In this document: piece by piece, positions 1 to 13,464 of the stretch
Numbering within the stretch: the stretch's first letter is position 1
Layout of the letters: every line of letters starts with the position of its first letter
Source: Eledone cirrhosa
Taxonomy: Eukaryota
Length of the DNA stretch: 64,000 nt
Assembly (NCBI GenBank): GCA_964016885.1
Contig: OZ024741.1
Location: forward strand, 167,338,001 to 167,402,000
Reading direction: 5' to 3'
Notes under the pieces: generated by a model
Told to the model about the DNA's origin: nothing
Databases searched by the model: none
Seen by the model: only the letters and a program-made list of their open reading frames with translations
Position numbers and translations under genes: made by a program

Positions 1-405
1 AATGGTAGGAAACTCGTTTTGACGTTAGTACTTCCCTGTTCTTGTTGAAAGCTGTCCAACCTTGGCCTTTGTGGGATTTGAACTCAGAATGTAGAAAGTC
101 ATAACTAAATACTGCCAAGCATATTCTCCAGTACTCTACTGATCCTGTCAATCCACCATCCTCCCAATCCGCCACCCTCTCCAATGTAATAATAATAATA
201 ATTGTTTCTACTTTTGGCACAAGGCCAGCAATTACCCAGTAATAATGATTGTTTCTGATTTAGGCACAATGCCAACAGTTTGAAAGGAAGTGGGAAAGTC
301 AATTAAACTGACCCAAATGCATTACTAGTACTTTATTTTATTGACCTCATAAGGATAAAAGGCAAATCTAACCTCAGCCAGTTTTGAACTCAGAACATAA
401 AAAGA

Positions 406-700
406 ATGAAAACAAACCTCCAGAATGCCATGTTAAAACGATGGGAAGGAAAACCCTTACATGGCCAATATCCAAAAAAGTTGAATAGAGAGGAAGTTGA
501 CAAGCAAAACTGGCTGCAAAGCATTGGACTAAAAGCCAAGACAGAAGAATTTCTAATTGCAGCACAAGATCAAAGCCACCTCACCAGAAGTACATAATGA
601 AGCAGAACACAGTATGTAACTGTAGAATATGTGGAGGTGGGAAGAAACAATTAACCACATTATCTCTGGCCACCCAGTCTTAGCCTAAAAGGAACTCTAT
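406..700 (+). mobile_element. Decayed fragment of an RLE-type (R4/Dong-like) non-LTR retrotransposon, post-RT region and zinc knuckle
   Basis: ORF 406-597 has W-x-x-KPLHGQ...L-K-x-x-TE-x-F-L-I-AAQDQ; a frameshifted CRICG...TINHIISG-x-P-x-LA follows. Both are typical of the C-terminal half of R4/Dong-clade ORFs. Confidence 0.7.
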
Positions 701-1164
701 GCCAGGAAGCATGGTGTCGGACGCTCTACCAATACTGCAATGATAATAATAATTTCTTACATAAAGCATAGGGCTAGAAATTTGAATGAGAGGAACAGTC
801 ACTTGAATTGACTCCAGTATTTAGCTGGTACATTACTTTATTGATCCCAGAAAGATGAGAGCTAAAGTTGATCTCAGTTGGATTTAAACTCAGCACATAA
901 AGAATCTTAACTAAATACTGAAATTCATTTTGGCTGACACTCTAACAATTCTAGCAAATAATAATGATTTTTTTACATAGGAATTAGACCAAAAATCTAG
1001 GAGAGCAAAACAGTCTATTAAAGTTATGTATATGTATGTGTATCTGTATGTGTCTATGTTTACATTTGTGTCTGTTTACATCCTGTAGCTTAGTAGTTGG
1101 ACAAAAATAAGTGTCAGACATAAAAATATAAGTACTGGAGTCAATATGATTGACTGAAATCTCC

Positions 1165-1382
1165 TTAATCCTTTAGCATTTACATTACTCTATATTTACT
1201 CTTGTATTTTCACGCTAAACACTTTATCTTATATAATTATCTACGAGTCTATGAGATTTTGATATTATTATTTTGAGAACAATACCTTAACATCAGTATA
1301 AGCACTGGTTATGGCCAGTTTGAACAGAAAGAAGTGATAGAATTCTGGCCGGATAGGGCTGGTTTAAATGCTAAAGGGTTAA
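1165..1382. mobile_element. TTAA-flanked MITE (piggyBac-like ends), about 200-240 bp
   Basis: Termini TTAA-(C/T)CCTTTAGCATTTA ... TAAATGCTAAAGGG-TTAA. Other copies at 19934-20835 (split by RTE), 29283-29481, ~45150-45351, 46272-46511, 49717-49920, 52274-52501. Confidence 0.8.
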
Positions 1383-1945
1383 GGTGGTTCCCAGCATAGC
1401 TGCAGTCTTGTGACTGAAGCCAGTAAAAGAGTGAGACAATGAAACAATACTGGACATGGGTTTGAATCTGGAAAATTCCTCTCCAAGCACAAGCTAAGGC
1501 TAGATGCTTTTTTGTGGAAGGTCAGCATACTAATCTCCCCCTCTCCATGCCACAGATATTATCCAAAGGAAAGGCAAAAGCCAATACTGCTGGGAATCAG
1601 TGTCGTTGTAACTCACATATGCACCATATATACACTATAATTAGATCATTGGATCATTAGTCATTAGATCATTGGATGTTTGTTCCAGGTCTTAGCATTC
1701 TGAGTTTAAATCCTGCTGATGCCCACTTTGCCTTTCATCCTTTTAGAATCAATTAAAAAAAAAAAACCCAGCCCAGTGCTGGTGCAGCCCTCACTCTTCC
1801 CTGTTGTCATACCCAAGATGTGCCACTGGATCACGAGGGTGTTTATCTGCTCGCAACTGCATGGGCACCTAAAACCCTTAGAGAAAGCACTGCACATACT
1901 ACCAAGTCATACTTAGTTGTGAGTGATGGTGATAGTAGTAATAGT

Positions 1946-1976
<31 letters not shown>

Positions 1977-2607
1977 ATAGTAGTAGCAGCAGCAGTAGTA
2001 GTGGTAGTAGTAGTATACACAATATATACACTATATATGATGTCCAAGGAAAAGGCAAAAATATTAATATAGCTTGACACCAGAGTCATCACAACTCATT
2101 TTTTTCCCAGTTGGGTTGACAGGAGCACTGTGGAATAAAGAGTCTTGCCCAAGTATACATTGTACTGGCCTGGGAATATGAACTCATGAACTTATGATTG
2201 TGAGCCAAATACTCTAACCATTAGGCTATATGCCTTCACAACTAACCTGACAGAATAACTTGGCACCAGTAGACTGACAACAATTTGAAATATATAACCC
2301 CCAATATGAATTAGTCATGACTGCTTAGTGGACTGTTGCAAGGGGGGTGAGGGGGGGGGGTATTTTTCTTTTTTCTTTGGTGTTTGATAAAAACAACATA
2401 TAGAGAGGAAAATATAATAACTTTAATTTGTAAAACAAAACACAGCAAAAACAAATTATAACAAAAACATAGTAAACAACAAAACCACAGAAACATAATA
2501 AGACATAAGAAAACAATGGAAGACAAAAGAAAACAAAACTAAAGAAGTTATTTAAATTTATCACCAATTCTTGTTATGTGACTCACCTGAATGGTGGTTG
2601 TCACACA

Positions 2608-2642
2608 GACTGACAGACTGACTGACTGACTGAAGGAAGGGA

Positions 2643-2716
<74 letters not shown>

Positions 2717-2720
2717 CAGA
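2608..2720. repeat. (GACT)n and (GAAA)n microsatellites
   Basis: Direct reading of tandem tetramers. Confidence 0.95.
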
Positions 2721-3081
2721 TAAAAAAGAAATGGGAAACAAGGAAAGACTGACAAATAGACAGTTAAACATGTAAACATATGGACAAAGAGATGAAAGAA
2801 ATAAAGAAAGAAAGAAAGGGAGAAAGAAATGGAAAAACAAAGAAAAGCAGAAAGACTAAAAACCAGTTAAATATGCAGACAGACAGACAGACAGAGAATA
2901 AAAAAAAGCAAAAGAAACAAAGAAACAAAGAAAGGAGAAAGAGAGACATGGAAGTTACAGCTAATTCAGCTGGAGAAAGAGAAAAAAAGACAAAACAATA
3001 AAACAGTTAAACATGCAGGCAGACTGACAAAAATAACCATAATAATATGCCACGTGTGTTTGTATATTTCTATATATCTCC

Positions 3082-3826
3082 ATATACACACGCACATATA
3101 TACACACACACATATATACACATGCACATATATACACATGCACATATATACACATGCACATATATACACACGCATATATGTACATATGCAGATATATACA
3201 CACGCACATATATACACATGCACATATATACACACACACATATATACACATGCACATATATACACATGCACATATATACACATGCACATATATACACATG
3301 CATATATGTACATATGCAGATATATACACACGCACATATATACACACACACACATATACACATGCACATATATACACATGCACATATATACACATGCACA
3401 TATATACACATGCATATATGTACATATGCAGATATATACACACGCACATATATACACATGCACATATATACACATGCACATATATACACATGCACATATA
3501 TACACATGCACATATATACACATGCATATATGTACATATGCAGATATATACACACGCACATATATACACACACACATATATACACATGCACATATATACA
3601 CATGCACATATATACACATGCACATATGCGCACATGCACATATATACACATGCACATATATACACACGCACATATATACACATGCACATATATACACATG
3701 CACATATATACACATGCACATATATACACACGCATATATGTACATATGCAGATATATACACACGCACATATATACACATGCACATATGCGCACATGCACA
3801 TATATACAGACTCACATATATACACA
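3082..3826. repeat. 14-bp minisatellite (ATATACACATGCAC)n with recurring variant blocks
   Basis: Direct tandem repetition; it generates the spurious 245-288 aa ORFs in all six frames. Confidence 0.95.
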
Positions 3827-4206
3827 ATGCATTTCCTACATCATGTTACTACAAGAAGTTTACTTTCCAACCACAAGGGCATGGGTTCTAACCCTTCATT
3901 TGTCCTGTAAATAGATATTTCTCTCTCCCATTTCTCCAACCCCTGCATATCTCTCTCTTTCCCTCTCCCCTTCTTTCTCTCTTCCTTTTCTACTCTATCT
4001 TCCCCAATAACTTCCCTTAAGGGTATTTACATTTTACATTTTAACCATTCTGCTCTGATGATACAGTGGTCACAGCATTTGATAATTGAGTTTTGCAAAT
4101 AGTTATAAATTTGCACATAGCATAACTAGGCTGTATAACCACCGTGGAAACATTTGTAAGCACACAGAATAAATTACCTTTTTATGATGTCTACCTGTTA
4201 TTATTC

Positions 4207-4390
4207 GTGGATTGGTAGTATTGGTAGAGAGTCGGACGCCATCCTTTCCAGCATAGTTACGTCCCTTTACGATCTGAGTTCAAATCCCGCCGAGGTTGAC
4301 TTTCCCTTTCATCCTTACGGGGTCGATAAAATAAAGTACCAGTAATGCACTGGGTAATTGCTGGCCTTGTGCCTAAAGTAGAAACAATTA
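4207..4390 (+). mobile_element. tRNA-derived SINE family 1
   Basis: A-box-like TGG(C/T)AGTAT(C/T)GG, B-box GAGTTCAAATCC, body CCTTTCATCCTTACGGGGTCGATAAAATAAAGTACCAGT (resembles the Meta-SINE central domain, from memory). Copies at ~11320-11510(-), 19380-19567(-), 26193-26375(+), 44610-44775(+), 48385-48570(-), 48740-48905(-), 59170-59562(+, two). Confidence 0.8.
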
Positions 4391-4526
4391 TTCATTCTTT
4401 ATCTACACTCCGGAATACGGAAGGATCGGGAACTGAGTTTCTTCAACTATTCTTCGATAACTCGTTGAGTAACCCCTCACCGTACATCAACCCTATCTAG
4501 TGTAGTAATTAACCATTACTGCATTC

Positions 4527-4555
4527 AGGATAATCCTAAGCATTTCTTGCATAAC

Positions 4556-4603
<48 letters not shown>

Positions 4604-4640
4604 ATATTAGGTTATGCAAGAAATGCTTAGGATTATCCTG
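4527..4640. repeat. Fold-back: ~34-bp perfect arms around a (TA)n spacer
   Basis: CAGGATAATCCTAAGCATTTCTTGCATAACCTAA ... TTAGGTTATGCAAGAAATGCTTAGGATTATCCTG. Confidence 0.9.
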
Positions 4641-4677
<37 letters not shown>

Positions 4678-4681
4678 ATAT

Positions 4682-4713
<32 letters not shown>

Positions 4714-4714
4714 A

Positions 4715-4761
<47 letters not shown>

Positions 4762-4784
4762 ATATATTATATATATATATATAT

Positions 4785-4843
<59 letters not shown>

Positions 4844-4891
4844 ATATATTATATATATATATATATTATATATATATATATTATATATATA

Positions 4892-4930
<39 letters not shown>

Positions 4931-5220
4931 CAAATAACGAAACGAAATTAAATTTCGTTTCGTTTGTAACTCACTTTTGTATGACTGACGCTTAAACAAT
5001 TAAGTTAAAAATGTACATCTACATATGCATACTGAAATACTAGTGTGTATATGAATACACACACGTATACATATGTAGGTGTACCAAGTCTTTCACTGGT
5101 CGCTTTACAGTGAGCGGCCCAGCTATTCTGTATGTAAACACACAGACAAACCGGTTTTTAGAGTCATACTGGTTTTTCGGGGGAACACCTTCCCTCTATT
5201 CTCCAGAAAGCCAGACAAGG

Positions 5221-5265
5221 AATATTGAACTAGTTTCGTTGTTGTTACAACTCATCAGCAATATT
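5221..5265 (-). ncRNA. Type I hammerhead ribozyme (family A, left arm)
   Basis: Exact reverse complement of 5663-5707. Confidence 0.85.
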
Positions 5266-5662
5266 TACCTATCTACCGGCCTTTCTGGAGAATTGTAAAA
5301 GCACATATCGTTATATGCTTTTTCTATGAAAATTAGTAGTGGGCAAACTAATTTGCATAGAGTGTGAGTACGCACCGGTTCAGCGGAGACGATAAAAACA
5401 AATAACGAAACGAATGTACATTTTTAACTTAATTGTTTTAACTTAATTGTTTTAACTTAATTGTTTAAGCGTCAGTCATACAAAAGTGAGTTACAAACGA
5501 AACGAAATTTAATTTCGTTTCGTTATTTGTTTTTATCGTCTCCGCTGAACCGGTGCGTACTCACACTCTATGCAAATTAGTCTGCCCACTACTAATTTTC
5601 ATAGAAAAAGCATATAACGATATGTGCTTTTACAATTCTCCAGAAAGGCCGGTAGATAGGTA

Positions 5663-5707
5663 AATATTGCTGATGAGTTGTAACAACAACGAAACTAGTT
5701 CAATATT
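5663..5707 (+). ncRNA. Type I hammerhead ribozyme (family A)
   Basis: AAUAUUG-CUGAUGA-GUUG(uaacaa)CAAC-GAAA-C(ua)G-UU/CAAUAUU: 7-bp stem I, canonical core, palindromic stem III ACUAGU, GUU cleavage triplet. Confidence 0.85.
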
Positions 5708-5930
5708 CCTTGTCTGGCTTTCTGGAGAATAGAGGGAAGGTGTTCCCCCGAAAAACCAGTATGACTCTAAAAACCGGTTTGTCTGTGTGTTTACATACAG
5801 AATAGCTGGGCCGCTTACTGTAAAGCGACCAGTGAAAGACTTGGTACACCTACATATGTATACGTGTGTGTATTCATATACACACTAGTATTTCAGTATG
5901 CATATGTAGATGTACTTTTTTAACTTAATT

Positions 5931-6021
<91 letters not shown>

Positions 6022-6064
6022 ATGTATATCATCATCATTTTACGTCCGCTTTTCCCTGCTTGCT

Positions 6065-6110
<46 letters not shown>

Positions 6111-6251
6111 CAGTAGAACTTGTTTTGGTAAAAACAGGAGTAAGTAGGAGAAAGCTCCCTACATTCATAGCTTGTAGTTACGATAGAGATTCAGTATAAG
6201 AATAACATTACAGCATTTTTTTAAATGTTATTCTTATATATATATATATAT

Positions 6252-6912
6252 CATCATCATCATCATCATCATCAACGTTTAACGTCCGTGTTCCACGCTT
6301 GCTTGGGTTTGGACGGCGGTTTTCCCACTTGAGGCAAGAGTGATTGTCTTGCTCGCATAGGACTGTCTGGCAGGTTTTCTACAGTTGGATGCCCTTCCTA
6401 ACACCAACCACGTTTACAGCGTGGACTGTGTGTTTTTTTTGTCGTGACACCTACACAGCCACATTACAGCGTGGACTGTGTGCTTTTTTTTGTCGTGACA
6501 CCTACACGATCTCATTTGTTTCGGCCTGGATGGTGTGGCACCAACATAACTTTACATAGAAGGGGGCGGTGTGGATGGGGTGGGGGTGGTGGGACGGGGT
6601 GTATTTTGTTAGAGATGCCTACTGAATGTAGTAGGTTTTACTTTGTATTTAGGTAAGGCGGGTCTTCTCTATTACTGAGTACCGCCAAAGGTCTCGGTCC
6701 AGTGACATTGTCTTGGTGAGGTGTAAGTGTGTGAGGTCGGAGTTTATCAGCTCGTCCCAGGTTTTTCTGGGTCTGCCTATTCCGTGGCTACCATCTATCT
6801 TTATTGCCCTGCACTTTGTTATACAGCTATCGTCCTTCATGCGCATCACATGACCATACCAACGTAGCCTTCTCTCGAGTAAACAACATCTGATCCCTCT
6901 TATTTCTAATTT
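6252..6912 (-). mobile_element. RTE-type LINE 3' fragment with (GAT)n tail
   Basis: ERRLRWYGHVMRMKDDSCITKC...GRPRKTW; 3' UTR matches the copies at 19968-20648 and 37588-38478. Confidence 0.85.
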
Positions 6913-7936
6913 TTATATATATATGTGTGTGTGTGTGTATATATATATACACACACACACACAGTTTCTGAAAGTCACTGAAGTTATTTCAGCGACCTCC
7001 GACCATGACCCACTCACTCAATGAAACAATAAGCTTGCACTTGTGAAACTGCATTCTATTGTTCAGAGTGCACATATTATAGTTATTCAGTGAGTACTAT
7101 GGCAGTGTTTTGGTAAAGATACCTCATGTATCCAACTCCTCAACAGATTCCATTTCTATGCAATATTCTGCCTACAACAGTTAATAAAACTGCAATATGC
7201 AGAGAATTGTGTAATATCAAGACATTATGCAATTGGGCTATTGCATGTCTTCAGCAGAAAAGAGCCATACTCAACACTTAGGTCTTAAGGTGTGCACAGT
7301 TGTATGTACTGCCAGTTTCCCAAATCTAGCTGTTCTATGCTGTCATGACATGTGACATATATATATGTATACATACATATATATTCAGCAGCAGCAGCAG
7401 CAGCATTTTACGTCCGCTTTTTCCCTGCTTGCAAGGATGGGACGGAAACTGATTCTGGCTTATATATATATATAATGTGCTAAACATTTATGCAATTATA
7501 TCAGAAATATAAACTATTAAAATATCATTCTTATTTTTAATCACTTCCACATGACACTAATCAACATAAACTATAAGGTTTCATTTATTCAAACTCTTAA
7601 TTTATCAAAATGCAAATTTCTCAGTTTGTATGTTCATATATCCTGTAAACAGGGTATACCTAGCATACCAACCCTAGACTCCAAAAATTAAATACATACA
7701 ATACTATTGCTCTCTCATTATTGACAGCATTGGTCCACTAGTGAAAGAAAGAAGGTACAAAAAAAGAAGGAAAAAGAAAGACAAAGAGACAGAATGAAAG
7801 AGAGAAAGAGAAAAGGAAGGAATACAGAAAGTGTTGGTGGTAGAATGACAGAAAAAGGAACAATATGTATGTGTGTTTGTTTTCCATCTGTTTTGCTCAT
7901 TTCTCCCCATTCCTTCCTCTTCTCACTCTTTATCTA

Positions 7937-7972
7937 TCTTCTGATGAAGGACTAGTGTCCGAAACGTTAAGA
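7937..7972 (+). ncRNA. Minimal type I hammerhead ribozyme (family B)
   Basis: UCUU-CUGAUGA-A-GGAC(uagu)GUCC-GAAA-CG-UU/AAGA, the classic Penelope-type minimal HHR with an ACGU palindrome. Confidence 0.8.
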
Positions 7973-8065
7973 CTCTTCCTGCTATTTCAAGTGTTAAACT
8001 AATATATTTCTTCAGTGTACTGTGTCATTTGCTTTGTTATTTCTGTTTACCTTTTACATATACAT

Positions 8066-8098
<33 letters not shown>

Positions 8099-8489
8099 AT
8101 ATAGATGAGATTCTACGGACTAGAACTGTTTCATTCTTTAGAAATCATCATATATATATATATATACCTTGTAAGGTGGTCATGCTGGTGACATGAAAGG
8201 AGACACCCAGTTCACCCTGTAAAGTGGGCATGTTAGTGGCATGACAGAAGACATCAAGTACCCTGTAAAGTGGTCAAAGGTACCGCACACCCTCTCAAGT
8301 CAGCGAGAGGGGGGGGGGGGTAACGTTCTCTGATGTTGGGTTTGAATAGTTTTTAGGATTCCCCAGTTCAGCAGCCAGTACGTTAAAAAAAAATGGATAG
8401 TTACAACAATAAAGGCTGAACAGAGAACACATTTTTTAACAAACAATAATTTGTACAACCATAATGGAAATTCCAAGTAACAGAAAATA

Positions 8490-9525
8490 TTTAAATGACA
8501 TTGTTAGAGCCTCGGAGAATACAATATTTTTGTTCGGCCCTCCGGAGCAAAGATGAAGAGATTGTTTGGCGAGCTCACCCTAGAGCATCCTACATACAAT
8601 TGACCATGGGAGAATCACTGATCTCATAGCTCGTCTCGCGGAGAAGCTCTGTAGACATTGACCTCTGGACACTCCTGTCAGGAGCAGGTAAGCTGTAGTG
8701 ACTTAGAGGCCTACCACCAATCTCTAGGACACTGTTTTCAAGACAAATGAGCGCCTCATTGAAAACGACATCGTATGTTATGTTTGGATTGCGTCTGCGT
8801 GTGCGGTGGAGGATGTCCTCAGCTAGACTTTCATGGTGGTTGTTCCACAGTGCAAGAGGGTCGGAGAGATCGCAGTTATGCAGCATAATAGCAAAAGGTT
8901 TTCGCAGCTGAGAAAGGACTTTGGCAGTTGCTGCTTCTTTCAGGGTGAGGTGCCAAACGGTAAGTGGAACATTGATGGCCATTGATGGTTCTCAGATCTT
9001 AGAAAGACTGTGGTCCTCTAACCTCGAACAGTAACAATGACGATAAGCCGTCTGTGCTTTCGTGAAATAAATAGGTTTTTGTTTTTGTGTATGTAAAAAT
9101 ATCTGTACACGAATATATATATATATATTAAAATAACATTAAAGTTTAAGCAAAGAATCGCTGCTTTCACCCTTAACGGAATCTTCTAAAACTAAAAAAA
9201 TCAGTCTGTGAATGCAGAAGTAAATATTTCGAAAAACGTTATCTAATGCAGACATCTAGACATACAGACTAAGAGAAAGAGGGGAATGTTGTGTGACGTC
9301 ATAAGAAAAAGTGAGGAATGACTTATAACCGGAAGTGTTGACATTTGAAATTTTAAAGAAGTGAATATTTAAATAATGTTTTTAATCTTTTAACAAAATT
9401 CAGTAGACAAAAATACTTTTTTACTTGGAAAAAGTTACATCTATGGTGCACATTTGGTGCTGTATGGTCCAGCTGTTTGGCAGAAAGTTTGTGACTTACA
9501 TACGGCCGTCAGCTTTATAGTATAT
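8490..9525 (-). mobile_element. Internally deleted Helitron with Rep/Pif1-helicase coding remnants
   Basis: Minus strand encodes LLFEVRGPQSF*DLRTING, then LKEAA...LW...LAEDI...EAL..LE....G..LSHYSLPAP (ORF 8590-8982), then jumps to FSHGQLYVGCSRV...KNIVFSEAL (Pif1 motif VI). The non-coding part 9030-9235 is homologous to 60437-60660. Confidence 0.85.
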
Positions 9526-9881
9526 ATACATATATATATATATCATCATCATCATCATCATCATCATCCTCATCATCATTTAACCTCTGTTTTCCCTACT
9601 AGCAGGGGTTGGATGGATCATTAGAGACTGGGTCAATACTTAAGCAGATCAACTGACACCTTAGATGGGTTGGAGTCCGGCATCTCCCTTACATACCTTT
9701 CCACACTAATAATTACTTAGATGAGTAGGGGGGGGAGGTCGTATCTGTGTGTGTTTTATCATAGCACCAGCACTAGAATGGTTGTTATATCTTTGATTCA
9801 TTTAAAGAACCTGCCTTTGTTTTGCAGGTTTTCTACGGGTGAATGCCCTTCCTATCACTAACCATTTTACTGGATATACTG

Positions 9882-9950
9882 TGTGCATTTATTTTGTAAA
9901 TCACCAACACGAGGGAGGTTTAGCCTCTATGCACTCAGACACAAGCATAT

Positions 9951-9986
<36 letters not shown>

Positions 9987-10310
9987 ACACACACGCTGCT
10001 GAACTAAACATGTCCCTTCCCCCAGTGCATTTATTATGTAAATCACCAACACGAGGGAGGTTTAGCCTCTATGCACTCAGACACAAAGCATATGCACACA
10101 CACACACACACAAACAGACACACACACACACACAAACAGACACACACGCTGCTGAACTAAACATGTCCCTTTCCCCAGTGCATTTATTATGTAAATCACC
10201 AACATGAGGGAGGTTTAGCCTCTATGCACTCAGACACAAGCATATGCACACACACACACACAAACAGACACACACGCTGCTGAACTAAACATGTATATAT
10301 CCCTTCCCCC
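9882..10310. repeat. Three tandem copies of a ~130-150 bp unit containing (CA)n
   Basis: GTGCATTTATT(T/A)TGTAAATCACCAACA(C/T)GAGGGAGGTTTAGCCTCTATGCACTCAGACAC...GCTGCTGAACTAAACATGT occurs three times. Confidence 0.9.
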
Positions 10311-12139
10311 AGCCACTTCACACACCACTTATACCACTCTTATCTTCACTCTCTCCTCGTGCATTTATATGTATGCATGTGTATATATGTACGCATATGC
10401 ATGTATATATGCATATTTAAGCTTGTTATTATGGGTATTTGTTATCTGCATTACTATAGGTGTCCCACATATTTATATACTAATTACACTTCTATGAATT
10501 ACATGTGTGTGTTTGTATGCTTGTGGCATTGTGTTTACATGAGGTCTAGTGTTGGGACTGTCTTGGTAGCAGATTAAAATGCTTTGCAATATTTATTCTG
10601 ACTCTCCTTCATATCCTGGTTCTATCCCTCATGATGTTAGCATTAGCCATCATCATTTGGAGTCTGGTGGTTGGTAGGTTTATTGTTGTAGTGTCGTATG
10701 CAATGCCTTGTTTTCAGGCTTACAATTGTGAGGTTGTGAGTTTGATTCTTGGCCTGGGCTTTGTGTTGTGTTCTTGAGCAAAACACCTTATTTCACGTTG
10801 TTCCAGTTCACTCAGCTGTAGAAATGTGTTGCGACATCACTGGTACCAAGCTGTATCAGCCATTGCCTTTCCCTTGGACATCATCGGTGGTGTGGAGAGG
10901 GGAGGCTGGTATGCATGGATGACTGCTGGTCTTCCACAAACAATCATGCCCGAACTTGTGCCTTGGAGGGGAAGTTTCTAGGTTAAAATCCCATGGTCAT
11001 TTGTGACTGAAGGGGATCTTTACCCTTTACCCAATCATCATCATCATTTTACGTCCGCTTTTCCCTGCTTGCAAGGGTGGGACGGGAACTGATTCTGGCT
11101 TGATTTCTACAGCTGGATGCCCTTCCTAACACCAACCTCATCTACAGTGAGTGCTGGGTGCTTTTTTGCCGTGGCACCTCCCCGTCCACTTTACAGTGGA
11201 ATGATAGGGTCCCCAGTCCCTATCATCTCATTTCTACAGCTGAGTAAACTGGAGCAATGTGAAATAAAGTGTCTTGCTTAAGGAAACAACACATCACCCG
11301 GTCTGAGAATTATATATATATAATTGTTTCTACTTTTTAGCACAAGGCCAGCAATTATCCCAGTGTATTACTGGTACTTTATTTTATCGACCCCGTAAGG
11401 ATGAAAGGCAAAGTTAACCTCGGCGGGATTTGAACTCAGTCCGTAAAGGGACGTAACTGTGCTGCAAAGCATGGCGTCCAACCCTCTACCGATACTGCCA
11501 ATCCACCAATGTTGACCGAACTTAGATCTGTGCACGTGCATATATGCACATTCACATATACCTAGAAGATCAGCTTATGTCACTCCTTATGCTGGTCAAC
11601 TTGTATGCATGTGAACACATGATTGCACACAGATAACAATGCATAGACCATAGCTCGGCATCCACATGCACTACAACATTTGTACAAACAAACAATGATA
11701 CACACATATCGATACTCATCTCCCCTTTAGTCACTCTTTAACACATGAGACTCATTCTGAAATGTTAACTTCCCTAATGGTTGACTAACTATGACTCATG
11801 CTTTCCCCTGTCTAATGTTTTTCCATAGTCTTCCAGCCATAGAAATCAAACACCAAACAGAACATATGAACAGGATATGGACAACTTGCCAGTCTAACCT
11901 TAATATGTGACAGCCAATCAAACCCATGCTACCATGGAAAATAGACATTGAATAGCAATGGCACATATATGCATACATACATGCAAATATACATATATAC
12001 ATACATACATGGTGGCTGCCAACTCGTTTTCGAGTACGGCCACTACTTTATATCCATGTAGGAGAACCCCTACCGATGCGCTGAACGAGTGTGACTTTTT
12101 AGTCCAGCCAGCAACTTGAAAACTCTGGTACAAACACTA

Positions 12140-12578
12140 CACTTGTGACAATTATTGACACATAGTGCTGGGCCCATGGTACCATGTGACGACAAGTGCA
12201 GAGAGATCTCCAGATATAAAGCAATGCCTGTGCCGTGAAGCTTTTATAGTGAGCAAAGGCACTGCACAAAGCGAGTCCCACTCTCTTAACCAAGATGATA
12301 TTTACCAAAAAGAAGAACAAGTCAACATCATTGGATACCATCAAGGTTGCAGGTGTTATATCAGAGTTTTCCTTCTCCTAGAATTCTACCTTGACAAAGG
12401 CTAAGGGGTCATCTCTCCCGGTGATTTTGGATGGCCATTGACTCTTAAGAGCTCCTTTGCCCTTTGACAGGTTTTGTTTTTAGTCCTGCAGGATGTCCAA
12501 AGTCCCCCTCCTCACCAAGAAACCTTGGTGGGGTTGCCAGTTTAGTCGCCAACGACCCGACCATGGGACAGGTTGTAC
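12140..12578 (-). repeat. Dispersed non-coding repeat family (unclassified)
   Basis: Homologous to 23155-23580(+) and 34200-34805(+): GTACAA(C/T)CTGT...GACTAAAC(C/T)GG(C/A)AACC...AGAGTCAA..CATCCAA...CTCTGATATAA. Confidence 0.6.
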
Positions 12579-13464
12579 ATACATACATACATACATACAT
12601 ACATACACATAAACAAAAGCAGTAGTGATTAATACATACATACATACATACACATAAACAAAAGTGGTAATGATATATACATATATATACATACAGACAC
12701 ATAAACAAAAGCGGTAATGATACATACATACATGCATGCATACATACATTCATATATACATACACAAAAATGATACATACATACATACATACATAAACAT
12801 ACATACGTACATAAACATACATACATACATATACATACATACATGGTGGCTGCCAACTCGTTTTCGAGTACGACCACTATTTTATATCCATGTAGGAGAA
12901 CCCCTACCGATGCGCTGAACGAGTGTGACTTTTTAGTCCAGCCAGCGACTTGAAAACTCTGGTACAAACATACATACATATATACATACATACATATAAC
13001 ATACATACATACATAAACATACATTGTTTGAAAATCAGTAAAAAATATGAAATAGTCTGAATCTGTGTAATTTCAGCTTAAAATAACATTTATAATTTAT
13101 TGCACAACTTTGTATTGAGTTATTTACACAACTAGATTATTATTTTTTTTTTTTTACACAATTGCGTATCTCCTTGATGATATAAAATAAAACTAATATA
13201 TATATATATATATATATATATACTATATATATGTATATATATATATATGCATATATATATATATACTATATATATGTAGATATATATATATGCATATATA
13301 TATAGATAAATATACACGGGTGTGTATGATTGTGTATAGAAGATTATATTAATAAAAGGAATTCCTACTTTGTCTGATTTACTCGTTTTATTTACAATCC
13401 TTTAAAATTTATAATGGTATTAGAATGAAATAGTATGGTAGAATATTAAATGTTAAGTGTTAAT

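Larger units (their letters stand above)
4925..5933. mobile_element. HHR-containing 468-bp unit (family A): one unit plus an inverted copy, embedded in (TA)n; retrozyme/Penelope pLTR-like
   Basis: TAAAAACAAATAACGAAACGAA recurs at 4925 and 5393. 5415-5933 is the reverse complement of the unit. One HHR per arm; no ORF. Confidence 0.8.

Noticed and set aside
2961-3914. Six overlapping 245-288 aa ORFs
   Set aside because: Translations of a stop-free 14-bp minisatellite.
4207-4292. tRNA-like A and B boxes (also in other copies)
   Set aside because: These are SINE heads followed by a conserved SINE body, with no full cloverleaf; not tRNA genes.
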